64,000 nucleotides of DNA from Fidelibacterota bacterium (GTDB lineage: Bacteria > Fidelibacterota > Fidelibacteria > Fidelibacterales > Fidelibacteraceae): positions 1,693 through 65,692 of the forward strand of contig JAIPIT010000001.1 of assembly GCA_021734505.1 (NCBI GenBank). The letters run 5' to 3'. This document shows positions 55,770 to 64,000 of this stretch, piece by piece. Both the position numbers and the translations under genes were made by a program. Within the stretch, counting starts at the first letter, position 1; every line of letters starts with the position of its first letter. The notes beneath the pieces are model-generated. The model searched no databases. It was not told the origin of the DNA and was given only the letters and a program-made list of their open reading frames with translations.

Positions 55770-56687
55770 TTAAATATGGTAGGTGATCCATTCCAGGAGA
55801 TCATCATAAACCACCTGCCGGTTCGTTTCATTTAATATTTCATGACGGGCATTTTCGACAATATTAACCGTTACTTCTTCAAGTTGATGTTTTCTATACA
55901 TCTGTCCAATCTTTTTTGGCCCTTTGCCATGATCGCCCAGAGGATCTTCAGAACCTGAAATAATATAAACCGGTAAGGTAAAACGGATCCATTGATTATG
56001 TTCTTTTCTGGAGATATAATTCAGTCCGAAAAACAGATCGGCATACATGCTTAAAGAACAAACAAAACCGCAATAAGGATCTTGAATATATCGCTTTACA
56101 ACCTTTTTATCTCTAGACAACCAGGCCGATTCACCATCTTCGAAAAGTTTATCAAAGGAATCAAATGCCATTTTGTGTAAAAAATGCGATGGACCTTTTT
56201 CGTTATGGGAAAGTTTTTGAATAAAGGCCATAGCTCTACTTGCGGCGACCAATGTTTTTGGATAAGCGGCAGTGCCGGAGAGGATCACACCGTTAATATC
56301 ATCATATAACGTAATATAAGTTCTTGCAAGAAACGACCCCATGCTGTGTCCCAAAAGGATCACGGGAAGTTTAGGGTAATCCTTTCGGATTATTCCGGTC
56401 AGCATCCTCATATCCGTCACGACTTTTATCCAACCGTTTTTGGGAGCAAAATATCCTAGATTTTCAACCGAACCGGCTGTTTTACCGTGACCCCGATGAT
56501 CATTAGCGTATACGGCGATCCGGTTTTTATTTAAAAATTCCGCAAAATCTTCATAGCGTTCCGCGTATTCCATCATTCCATGAGAGATCTGAAGTACCGC
56601 TATCGGTTCTTCTTCGGGCAACCAAGAGAAAAAGGCGATCTTTGCCTCGTCATCAGTTAGAAAATAATCCGTTTTTTTCATGAGCAT
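55770..56687 (-). CDS. Alpha/beta hydrolase, lysophospholipase/monoacylglycerol lipase-like
   Basis: HGMMEYAERY and GHSMGS nucleophile elbow; 305 aa. Confidence 0.75.
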   Translation of the reverse strand: MLMKKTDYFLTDDEAKIAFFSWLPEEEPIAVLQISHGMMEYAERYEDFAEFLNKNRIAVYANDHRGHGKTAGSVENLGYFAPKNGWIKVVTDMRMLTGIIRKDYPKLPVILLGHSMGSFLARTYITLYDDINGVILSGTAAYPKTLVAASRAMAFIQKLSHNEKGPSHFLHKMAFDSFDKLFEDGESAWLSRDKKVVKRYIQDPYCGFVCSLSMYADLFFGLNYISRKEHNQWIRFTLPVYIISGSEDPLGDHGKGPKKIGQMYRKHQLEEVTVNIVENARHEILNETNRQVVYDDLLEWITYHI

Positions 56688-56815
56688 TCCAATTTTTTAC
56701 TGTCGGTAAGCTATCATATAATTTTGGTTTTATCAATAGAAAAGAAAGGTAGAAATATAAAGTAACACCTTAATACCATGGAATATGACCACGAATCATT
56801 AGAGAGCCAGGGTTT

Positions 56816-57946
56816 CTATAAATATTTTTTTAATACTTCAACTTTATTTGTTTTTTCCCAGCTAAAGTCATTCCTGCCAAAATGTCCGTATGCGGCAGTT
56901 GGTAAATATATAGGTTTCTTAAGATCAAGATGCTTAATAATACCAAAGGGTGTCAGCGGAAATTCTTTTCGGATGATCTTGGAGAGCCTGGTGTTTGAAA
57001 TTTTTCCCGTTCCAAAAGTATCGACGAAAAGAGAGACCGGCTCAGCTTCTCCAATAGCATAAGCCAATTGAACTTCGCAACGACGGCACAATCCGGCCGC
57101 CACCAGATTTTTTGCAATATACCGCGCCATGTAAGCCGCAGAGCGATCGACCTTGGTCGCATCTTTACCTGAAAAAGCGCCGCCGCCATGACGACCGAAA
57201 CCACCGTAAGTATCAACAATGATCTTCCGACCCGTCAATCCGGCATCCGCAACGGGGCCACCTTCGGTAAACGCACCGGTAGGGTTAATGTGGATCTTTG
57301 TTCTTTCGTCCATTAGTGTTCCACACACCGGCTTGATCACATGTTCTTTTATATCTTTATGCAGTTGTGTTTGTGATATGTTTTTTCTGTGGTGGCTTGA
57401 AACAACAATGGCTTCAATGCGGACAGGCTTATTGTCGTCATACTCAACCGTAACCTGAGATTTTCCGTCGGGAAATATATAATCGATCGTGCCGTTTTTT
57501 CGCACTTCAGAAAGACGATAGGCTAACTTATGAGCAAGAGAAATCGGAAGAGGCATCAGCTCTTCTGTTTCATCGCAGGCGTAACCGAACATCATGCCCT
57601 GATCGCCGGCACCATGATGATTAACACCGACACTGATATCATGAGATTGTTCGGAGATCGATTCCAAGACTCCACAATTATGACCATTAAAGCCAACATC
57701 ACCATTATCGTAACCGATGTTAATAAGTGTATCTCGCGCGATTTTTTGAACATTAATATATTCCGCTTTTGTGGTCAGTTCACCGCCAATGACAACGAAG
57801 CCGGTTTTTATAAATGTTTCGATCGCAACGCGTGAATTTGGGTCTGCTTTTAATGCCGCATCAAGCACGGCATCAGAGATCTGATCACACACTTTATCGG
57901 GATGTCCTTCTGTAACGGATTCTGAGGTAAAAAAGATTTTTTCCAT
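56816..57946 (-). CDS. metK: S-adenosylmethionine synthase
   Basis: [45 protein letters not shown]. Confidence 0.95.
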   Translation of the reverse strand: MEKIFFTSESVTEGHPDKVCDQISDAVLDAALKADPNSRVAIETFIKTGFVVIGGELTTKAEYINVQKIARDTLINIGYDNGDVGFNGHNCGVLESISEQSHDISVGVNHHGAGDQGMMFGYACDETEELMPLPISLAHKLAYRLSEVRKNGTIDYIFPDGKSQVTVEYDDNKPVRIEAIVVSSHHRKNISQTQLHKDIKEHVIKPVCGTLMDERTKIHINPTGAFTEGGPVADAGLTGRKIIVDTYGGFGRHGGGAFSGKDATKVDRSAAYMARYIAKNLVAAGLCRRCEVQLAYAIGEAEPVSLFVDTFGTGKISNTRLSKIIRKEFPLTPFGIIKHLDLKKPIYLPTAAYGHFGRNDFSWEKTNKVEVLKKYL

Positions 57947-58019
57947 ATAAATTCCTTTTCTAATGACAACGCTTTATGGTCTCTTGCAAACATCAAATAT
58001 TTTTATATGGGCGGGAGAA

Positions 58020-58115
58020 GTTTATAACGTTTTGACCTCACCGGCCCACATCATTTTGCCACCGTAGCGTCACTCGGTTGGCGTTCCATTGAAGGAACTC
58101 TTGATGCGGGATGAA
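58020..58115 (-). promoter_or_regulatory. Candidate SAM-responsive riboswitch (SAM-I/IV-like three-way junction) in the metK leader
   Basis: On the minus strand: P1 CCCGCAUC/GAUGUGGG, J1/2 AAGAG, P2 GUUCC-UUCAAU-GGAAC, P3 GCCAACC...GGUGGC, then AAAAU. AUCAAGAG and GCCAACC..GGUGGCAAAAU resemble the SAM-I core AUCAAGAG and GCAACC..GGUGCCAAUUCC. Confidence 0.4.
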
Positions 58116-58234
58116 GATATAATGATTTTTTGCAAGGCGCAATAAAATTTTATGTAAAAAAGCGCGGCCAACTAAATTGACGGAAAGAAAACACGCAGCA
58201 TTATATTGATTTATTTTTCGATTAATTTTTATTA

Positions 58235-59299
58235 TCAGAGCCACTTTTTGCGTTTAAAGAAACGCAACATAAATCCGGCAACCACCAGTAAAACTGTCCA
58301 GAATATTGGATAACTGTACTTAAAACCCAATTCGGGCATGAATTCAAAATTCGTCCCATAGATACCCGCAATAAAAGTTAAAGGGATAAAGATGGCCGAG
58401 AAAATGGTCAAAATCTTCATGATCTCATTCAATCTATTGTTGATGCTGCTGTTGTAAATATCCAGATGATCGGAAAGCATGAGCCGATAGGTGTCGATTG
58501 ATTCAACGGCTTGTGTAGCAATATCCAGCAGGTCTTTAATAAAGGGGATCGTATCATTATTCAGGAGGTTGGAATCCAAATGACTCAATTGCAGCATAAA
58601 TTCTTTTACCGGACGTATCGTTTTTCGAAGATAGTTCATTTCTCGCTTATAATCATTGATCTTGCCAAGAATGCTTTTGTCAAGGTTTGAAAGAATTTCA
58701 TCTTCAATTTCCTCAATTTGCTCTCCAATACGTTCAATAATGATCATGTAATTGTCGATCACAGAATCAAGAAGTGCATGTGCCAGATAATCAATACCAT
58801 GATTCCGTATGCGCCCAAGTTTATTACGAATACGATTTCGCGCCGATTCAAAAACATCACCGGGTCGTTCCTGGAAAGTGATCAAGAAATTTTGCCCCAT
58901 GACCATACTTAATTGTTCACTTTCAATTTTATTATTGTCGCGATCATAGCGCATCATTTTAAGAGTAAAGAACAAATGATCATCATATTCTTCCATCCTG
59001 GGCCGTTGCCCCGTGTTAACAATATCTTCAACCACCAGGGGGTGTAATTTAAAATTCTTTGCTATGGCTTTTATCGCATCCGTATCGTGCAGGCCGTTGA
59101 CATTCACCCAAGAAACGGACGACGATTCTTTTAAGCGGGTCAAATCACCAATAGTACCCGGGTCAAATTCTTCAAGCAATTCTTCGTTATAATCAATAAC
59201 ATGCATATTGATCTTATCCATTTTTCTTTTGCCGATAAAGACCGGCTCTCCGGGGATATTTCCGATCAACGCCTCTTTTTGCTTTAGAAATCGTGCCAT
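58235..59299 (-). CDS. corA: CorA-family magnesium/cobalt transporter
   Basis: C-terminal two TM helices with a YGTNF (GMN-like) motif; AAGGAGAGG RBS before MARFLKQ. Confidence 0.85.
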   Translation of the reverse strand: MARFLKQKEALIGNIPGEPVFIGKRKMDKINMHVIDYNEELLEEFDPGTIGDLTRLKESSSVSWVNVNGLHDTDAIKAIAKNFKLHPLVVEDIVNTGQRPRMEEYDDHLFFTLKMMRYDRDNNKIESEQLSMVMGQNFLITFQERPGDVFESARNRIRNKLGRIRNHGIDYLAHALLDSVIDNYMIIIERIGEQIEEIEDEILSNLDKSILGKINDYKREMNYLRKTIRPVKEFMLQLSHLDSNLLNNDTIPFIKDLLDIATQAVESIDTYRLMLSDHLDIYNSSINNRLNEIMKILTIFSAIFIPLTFIAGIYGTNFEFMPELGFKYSYPIFWTVLLVVAGFMLRFFKRKKWL

Positions 59300-59495
59300 G
59301 ATCCTCTCCTTGAAAATGTAATAGACCATTTTACACATTCTGAAGGGTTATTTCAATGAAATAAATTTCCATAGATCTTTCGACATAAGCGAATAATTTA
59401 ATAAATGTAGTCAGGACAATTTCTTTGTATATTTTTGCCATAAAATGTATTATTGTGAAGAGAAGTAATTTTGTTTATATCATAACGAGGTGATC

Positions 59496-60407
59496 ATGAA
59501 AGCTTTTTTTGAATCCCTGAGCGTGCCTCCCGAAGTACTTGAAAAGTTAATTATTTCGATAATCTTTTTTATTGTACTTACCCTGATCAAGTTCTTAAGT
59601 AATCTTATTGTTCGCAAGCGCGTCAAAGATGACAAAAAGGCATATAGCTGGAACCGGGCCATCGTTTATATTTATACGGTACTTTTGATCATTTTGATCG
59701 GATCGGTCTGGGTAAAAGGAATGAAATCCCTGACAACATTTTTGGGCCTTGCCAGTGCGGGTCTGGCAATTGCCATGCATGATACGATCGCCAATCTGGC
59801 GGGATGGTTCTATATTATGTCTGTCAAGCCGTTCAAGGTGGGGGATAGAATTGAGGTTGACCATATCATAGGAGATGTCATAGATCTTCGAATACTACAA
59901 TTCAGTATGGTTGAATGTGGGAATTGGGTTGATGCGGACCAAAGTACAGGAAGAATTATTCATATACCGAACAGCAAAGCGATTACGGGAGCGATCGCCA
60001 ACTATGAAATCGGTTTTAAATATATATGGAACGAGGTCCCCGTACTGATAACATTTGAAAGTGATTGGAAAAAAGCAAAAGAACTTATTAATAAAGTATC
60101 GGATGAAAATGTTCTTCATCTTTCCCAGGGGGCGCAGCAACAAATACGCAAGGCCGCTAAAAAGTATCTTATCTTTTATGATAAATTAACGCCCATTGTT
60201 TATACAACCGTCAAAGAAAGTGGCGTTTTGCTGACTCTCCGTTATTTGGTCAGTCCCCGATTGAGACGGAACAGTGAACATCAAATATGGGAAGCACTTC
60301 TTGATGCGCTTGATAAGGAAGATAATATTCAACTGGCATATCCTACCAAGCGGACATATATGAGCGAAGCATATCAACTGCCGGGCGTTAAAAACAATAA
60401 ACAGTAA
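59496..60407 (+). CDS. Mechanosensitive ion channel family protein (MscS-like)
   Basis: Three TM helices followed by PFKVGDRIEVDHIIGDVIDLRILQFSMVE (MscS beta-domain). Confidence 0.8.
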   Translation: MKAFFESLSVPPEVLEKLIISIIFFIVLTLIKFLSNLIVRKRVKDDKKAYSWNRAIVYIYTVLLIILIGSVWVKGMKSLTTFLGLASAGLAIAMHDTIANLAGWFYIMSVKPFKVGDRIEVDHIIGDVIDLRILQFSMVECGNWVDADQSTGRIIHIPNSKAITGAIANYEIGFKYIWNEVPVLITFESDWKKAKELINKVSDENVLHLSQGAQQQIRKAAKKYLIFYDKLTPIVYTTVKESGVLLTLRYLVSPRLRRNSEHQIWEALLDALDKEDNIQLAYPTKRTYMSEAYQLPGVKNNKQ

Positions 60408-60631
60408 ATTGTGTTGGACGAAAAAACACAAAGTACAATATTAGAAAAGCAAGAGTTTGCCACTCTTTGTTTTAAACTATAAGCTTCTCTTAAAAAATAC
60501 TTTGCATTTATTCTCCCTCTCAACTAAATTTACCAAGGATAAAATTTGAGGAAGTTTATAAGACTATCGTTTTGTTAAAGGCTATTGAAAATCGTGTTAA
60601 CGCAGGACAGGAGCCTTTGGCGAACGTTTTT

Positions 60632-60663
60632 ACCGAACGCTAAAAGCCCGTTCGGTTTTTTTT
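60632..60663 (+). terminator. Intrinsic terminator ending a short leader or sRNA upstream of uppP
   Basis: ACCGAACG-CTAAAAGCC-CGTTCGGT followed by TTTTTTTT, 12 nt before the uppP GTG start. Confidence 0.7.
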
Positions 60664-60675
60664 AAAGGATAAAAA

Positions 60676-61479
60676 GTGGATTATTTAAAGATTATCATTC
60701 TCGCCGTTATCCAGGGATTAACCGAATTTTTACCGGTTAGTTCCTCGGGACATCTTGCTTTGGCAGAGTACCTGCTGGGCATAGAGTCTCCGGGTGTAAC
60801 GCTGGAAGTATTCTTGCATTTTGGTACTTTTTTATCTGTGCTGGTGATCTTTTGGAAGGATATAGCCAAGATCATTATTGCGGTTTTCGGTAATTTCTGG
60901 AAGGTATGGAAATATCCAACGGTTATGAAAGAGAATGAAGACTTTGCGATGGGTGTTTATATTGTACTTTCAATGATCCCCGCGGGCATTATCGGTCTGG
61001 TCTTTGAAAATCAAATAGATGCTCTTTTTAGCAATATTCTCTTAGTAGGTATTGCATTGGTTATAACGGGTATCATGTTATTTTTTACACAGTGGGCGCA
61101 AAACGAGCGACGACCCCTGAAAGGATGGCGGGCTATCCTAATGGGAATTGCACAGGCGATCGCCATTATTCCGGGAATCTCCCGTTCAGGATCTACCGTT
61201 TCAATGGGTATGTTCCTCGGCATGCCCCGCGAAAAAGTAGCAAAATTTTCTTTTTTGATGGCGCTTCCACTTATTTTTGGCGCAACCATCTTACAAGCAA
61301 AAGATGCTTTTGCAGCAGAAGGTTTTGTTTGGTCCGGGATCATTATTGGAACCGTAACGGCATTCTTGTTTGGGTATTTTGCCGTTAAGTGGCTGTTAAG
61401 AGCAATCATTAAAGGAAGGCTTTATTTGTTTGGTTTTTACTGTCTTGCCCTGGGTTTTTTAGCAATTATTTTTGGATAG
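60676..61479 (+). CDS. uppP: Undecaprenyl-diphosphate phosphatase
   Basis: QGLTEFLPVSSSGHL and PGISRSGSTV motifs; GTG start; 267 aa. Confidence 0.95.
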   Translation: MDYLKIIILAVIQGLTEFLPVSSSGHLALAEYLLGIESPGVTLEVFLHFGTFLSVLVIFWKDIAKIIIAVFGNFWKVWKYPTVMKENEDFAMGVYIVLSMIPAGIIGLVFENQIDALFSNILLVGIALVITGIMLFFTQWAQNERRPLKGWRAILMGIAQAIAIIPGISRSGSTVSMGMFLGMPREKVAKFSFLMALPLIFGATILQAKDAFAAEGFVWSGIIIGTVTAFLFGYFAVKWLLRAIIKGRLYLFGFYCLALGFLAIIFG

Positions 61480-61482
61480 ATT

Positions 61483-62478
61483 ATGAGTTGGCTTAGCGAC
61501 TATGAACATGAACTGGCAATGATCCGAAGCGGAAAGCTTAAACCCGTTTATTTTGTATATGGGAACGATTATTATTTGCGCGATACCGCGGTACAAAGCA
61601 TACGAAAAAGCATGAGCGAACAAGGGATCAGCTATGATTACGCATACCACAATGCCGCCGAATTGGATGCTTCCGAACTTCAAAATGTTTTGTTCGGGAC
61701 GTCGCTTTTTCAATCGAACCATTGTTCGGTTATTAATAATGTAAAAGGACTTCTGCCATCTGCGCGTAAGATCATGAATAACTATCTACAGCAACCCGAA
61801 GCTTCCAATGTGTTGATCTTGACGGCCGATGAAGTCGATGGTCGTAACGCATTTTATAAACGCATTCAAATGAGCGCCGGTACCCTGATGGCCAACTCAC
61901 CTTTTGAAAACGAGATTCCCGGCTGGGTGAGGCAATATACCGCAAAGATCAACCGGACGATCGACGTGAATGCGATCAATGAACTTATTCGTTATGTTGG
62001 TTCTGATCTGGGGAAATTGAGCAATGAAATAGATAAAGTACACATTTATTTGCCCGAAGAACAAGCGATCACACGGGATGATATACGAAAGATCAGCGGC
62101 TATTCAAAAACCTACAGTATTGACCAGCTTCTTGATGCCATAGGCCAAAGGAATAAAAGCGCGGCCGTTGCAATATGCAAAAACCTTATTGAAAATGGCG
62201 TCAGCGATGTATACCTTATCATCGCTATGTATCAATATATCTGGAAATTGATCCTTTTAAAAGATAAGCGACTTATCGCATCACCGGATCTTTCAAAACA
62301 TGTTAGGGTCTATCGCCCCAAACAACTTGAACAGCTAAAAATGGTAGCAACCCGTTTTTCAATGCCTCAATTGAAAAAAGCGATTTCTAAATTAGTGCAG
62401 GCGGACCGCCGGGTAAAAACAAGTTCATGTGACCCCGTAAGCAATTTTATGATCACCTTAGAGGGAATATTGGCCTGA
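61483..62478 (+). CDS. holA: DNA polymerase III subunit delta
   Basis: 331 aa; N-terminal YFVYGNDYYL block and the typical delta-subunit length and layout. Confidence 0.7.
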   Translation: MSWLSDYEHELAMIRSGKLKPVYFVYGNDYYLRDTAVQSIRKSMSEQGISYDYAYHNAAELDASELQNVLFGTSLFQSNHCSVINNVKGLLPSARKIMNNYLQQPEASNVLILTADEVDGRNAFYKRIQMSAGTLMANSPFENEIPGWVRQYTAKINRTIDVNAINELIRYVGSDLGKLSNEIDKVHIYLPEEQAITRDDIRKISGYSKTYSIDQLLDAIGQRNKSAAVAICKNLIENGVSDVYLIIAMYQYIWKLILLKDKRLIASPDLSKHVRVYRPKQLEQLKMVATRFSMPQLKKAISKLVQADRRVKTSSCDPVSNFMITLEGILA

Positions 62479-62479
62479 T

Positions 62480-63061
62480 ATGGATAGAGAAAAAATAAAA
62501 TATACCGACGAAGAACTGGTAAAACGTTTTCAAGAAGGCGATGAACGCGCCTATATTGAACTGGTCAAACGATATAAAGACCGTCTTTTAAATTTTGTGT
62601 ATCGTTATCTTAATTCATTTGAACAATCTGAAGATGTTGTCCAGGACACACTGATGAAACTTTATACCAGCGCACACATGTATCGCGAGATCGCGAAATT
62701 CAGTACATGGATATTTACCATTGCCGCAAATTTGGCAAAATCCGAATTGCGCAGGCTGAAACGCCGTCGCGTTATTTCTATCCACAGTATGGGATTTGAC
62801 GATAAAGAATATGAAATCCCTTCCGAAGATTATGATCCGGCAAAAGAAACCACCTCTAATTATGGTGAAAAACAAATCCAACAAGCCATTGATACGCTAC
62901 CGGACCAATTTAAAACCGTGATCATTTTACGGGAAGTACAACAACTGTCCTATGAAGAAATCAGCCAGATACTTGGTATTTCAATTGGAACGGTCAAGAG
63001 CCGGATCAATCGCGGACGCTTGCGGCTGCAAAAATTACTGAAAGAATTAAAGGAACAATAA
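62480..63061 (+). CDS. ECF-type RNA polymerase sigma-70 factor
   Basis: Region 2 (EDVVQDTLMKLY...FSTWIFTIAAN) and region 4 (LREVQQLSYEEISQILGISIGTVKSRINRGR). Confidence 0.9.
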   Translation: MDREKIKYTDEELVKRFQEGDERAYIELVKRYKDRLLNFVYRYLNSFEQSEDVVQDTLMKLYTSAHMYREIAKFSTWIFTIAANLAKSELRRLKRRRVISIHSMGFDDKEYEIPSEDYDPAKETTSNYGEKQIQQAIDTLPDQFKTVIILREVQQLSYEEISQILGISIGTVKSRINRGRLRLQKLLKELKEQ

Positions 63062-63135
63062 AAATATTGGAACATTTCAGAGACTGATGATTTTTAAAGT
63101 GGTATTTAAAAAATTGTAGGAGGTATTGCGTATAG

Positions 63136-63672
63136 ATGGATTGTTACAGTTTTGATAGAATCATATCTGATTATATCGATGCAAACCTGAACGTTAAATT
63201 ACGACAAGAAGCAAACGAACATATTGAAGCGTGCCCAAGATGCCGGGAAAAACTCGCAGATTTGAAAAGCATTTTAAGCAAACTCAGTTCTATGCCGACC
63301 TGTAAAACGCGTTCTGATTTTGAGTCCAGGCTTATGGACCGCATCAATCAAACAAAAGAACAGAAAGAAAGCCGTTTTATCCGGATGTTTCAGGATTATT
63401 CCCGGCCGATTTCTGTAGTAGCGGCAGTGATGCTTCTTGTTGCGACATCGATATTCGTTTACACATCGGTGGTTATACCCAATTCTCCGGATTCAATTCC
63501 CTCAGCCGAGATCCGCAGTATGGAGCCGAATAAATCCATAACCCCACCCGCAACGGCAATCGCAAATGTAAAACCGACACTGGTTAATGCGAACAATGTA
63601 GGCAGTCTTCCGGACACAAATAAGGTGGAAACACAGAATTACAACAACCAGATCATGATGGTAAACGAATAA
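63136..63672 (+). CDS. Anti-sigma factor (zf-HC2 type), single-pass membrane protein
   Basis: HIEACPRCREKLADL zinc-finger motif; central TM helix; directly downstream of the ECF sigma gene. Confidence 0.7.
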   Translation: MDCYSFDRIISDYIDANLNVKLRQEANEHIEACPRCREKLADLKSILSKLSSMPTCKTRSDFESRLMDRINQTKEQKESRFIRMFQDYSRPISVVAAVMLLVATSIFVYTSVVIPNSPDSIPSAEIRSMEPNKSITPPATAIANVKPTLVNANNVGSLPDTNKVETQNYNNQIMMVNE

Positions 63673-63736
63673 ATAATTTGGAATTGTTCAATTATTCCTT
63701 ATATTTGCCCGCAATTAAAAGTGCAGAGGAGCAAAA

Positions 63737-63928
63737 ATGGCTAGACCACAAACATTTGGAGCAAAGATCGCCAACCGCGAAAAAGCAGGAAAAACCTGTT
63801 CTGTTTGCGGACAACAGATCTCTTATGTAAAACATTATGCAAACGTCAAAAATACAGACGGCAATGTAAAATATAAACAAAAAGTCGTTGGTATTTGCGG
63901 ATGTAATAAAAAGGATTATCTCGATTAA
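63737..63928 (+). CDS. Small basic Cys-rich protein (CxxC...CxC), unknown function
   Basis: 63 aa; GGAG RBS; CSVCGQQ and GICGCN motifs suggest a zinc ribbon; followed by a terminator. Confidence 0.45.
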   Translation: MARPQTFGAKIANREKAGKTCSVCGQQISYVKHYANVKNTDGNVKYKQKVVGICGCNKKDYLD

Positions 63929-63953
63929 GAGACAAAACTTTCTCAAGTTTTAA

Positions 63954-63982
63954 ACACCTCGATCTATCGGGGTGTTTTTATT
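63954..63982 (+). terminator. Intrinsic terminator
   Basis: ACACCTCGA-TCTA-TCGGGGTGT followed by TTTTTATTTT. Confidence 0.75.
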
Positions 63983-64000
63983 TTGACAGATATTTTTGAC

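Noticed and set aside
1-64000. tRNA, rRNA, tmRNA, RNase P RNA and SRP RNA genes.
   Set aside because: No T-loop GGTTCGAAT-type motifs within cloverleaf-sized units were seen in any intergenic region. No RNase P GAGGAAAGUCC string and no tmRNA 5' GGGGCUGA string were found. This was only a visual scan, so tRNAscan or cmscan would be decisive.

Overview
The window looks like a 64 kb chromosomal segment, by eye moderately AT-rich, from a bacterium that is probably in the FCB superphylum. The lineage guess rests on two secreted proteins with T9SS/FlgD-Ig-like C-terminal sorting domains and on DUF2851 and SPOR proteins; it is an inference, not a search result.

About 60 CDS are supportable, mostly housekeeping: pdxST, ispH, nrnA, alaS, plsY, birA, rpmH-rnpA-yidD-yidC, coaE, tag, crcB, glpK, metK, corA, uppP, holA and an ECF sigma/anti-sigma pair. 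I recognised no rRNA, tRNA, CRISPR array, transposase or integrase.

The most unusual items are:
1. A tandem family of 29-30 aa basic micro-ORFs on the minus strand (19930-20434). They are absent from the ORF track and sit between a YtrA-type GntR regulator and an ABC ATPase/permease pair. Their conserved core varies mainly at codon third positions.
2. Heptamer tandem arrays that start at or right after stop codons. The clearest has nine consecutive T(A/G)ANNNN units at 31586-31648, which puts stops in all three frames. There is also a perfect 8x CCAGTTA array.
3. A dispersed hairpin repeat family with a conserved 14-nt loop and compensatory stem changes.
4. A SAM-I/IV-like three-way-junction leader upstream of metK, and a terminated leader upstream of uppP.
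5. A probable frameshift-split metalloprotease/beta-barrel gene.
6. A Fic-fold protein with a degenerate active-site motif.
7. A DGGGPS-like UbiA prenyltransferase translationally coupled to an NhaC antiporter.

All family assignments come from motif recognition by eye. No alignments or searches were run.
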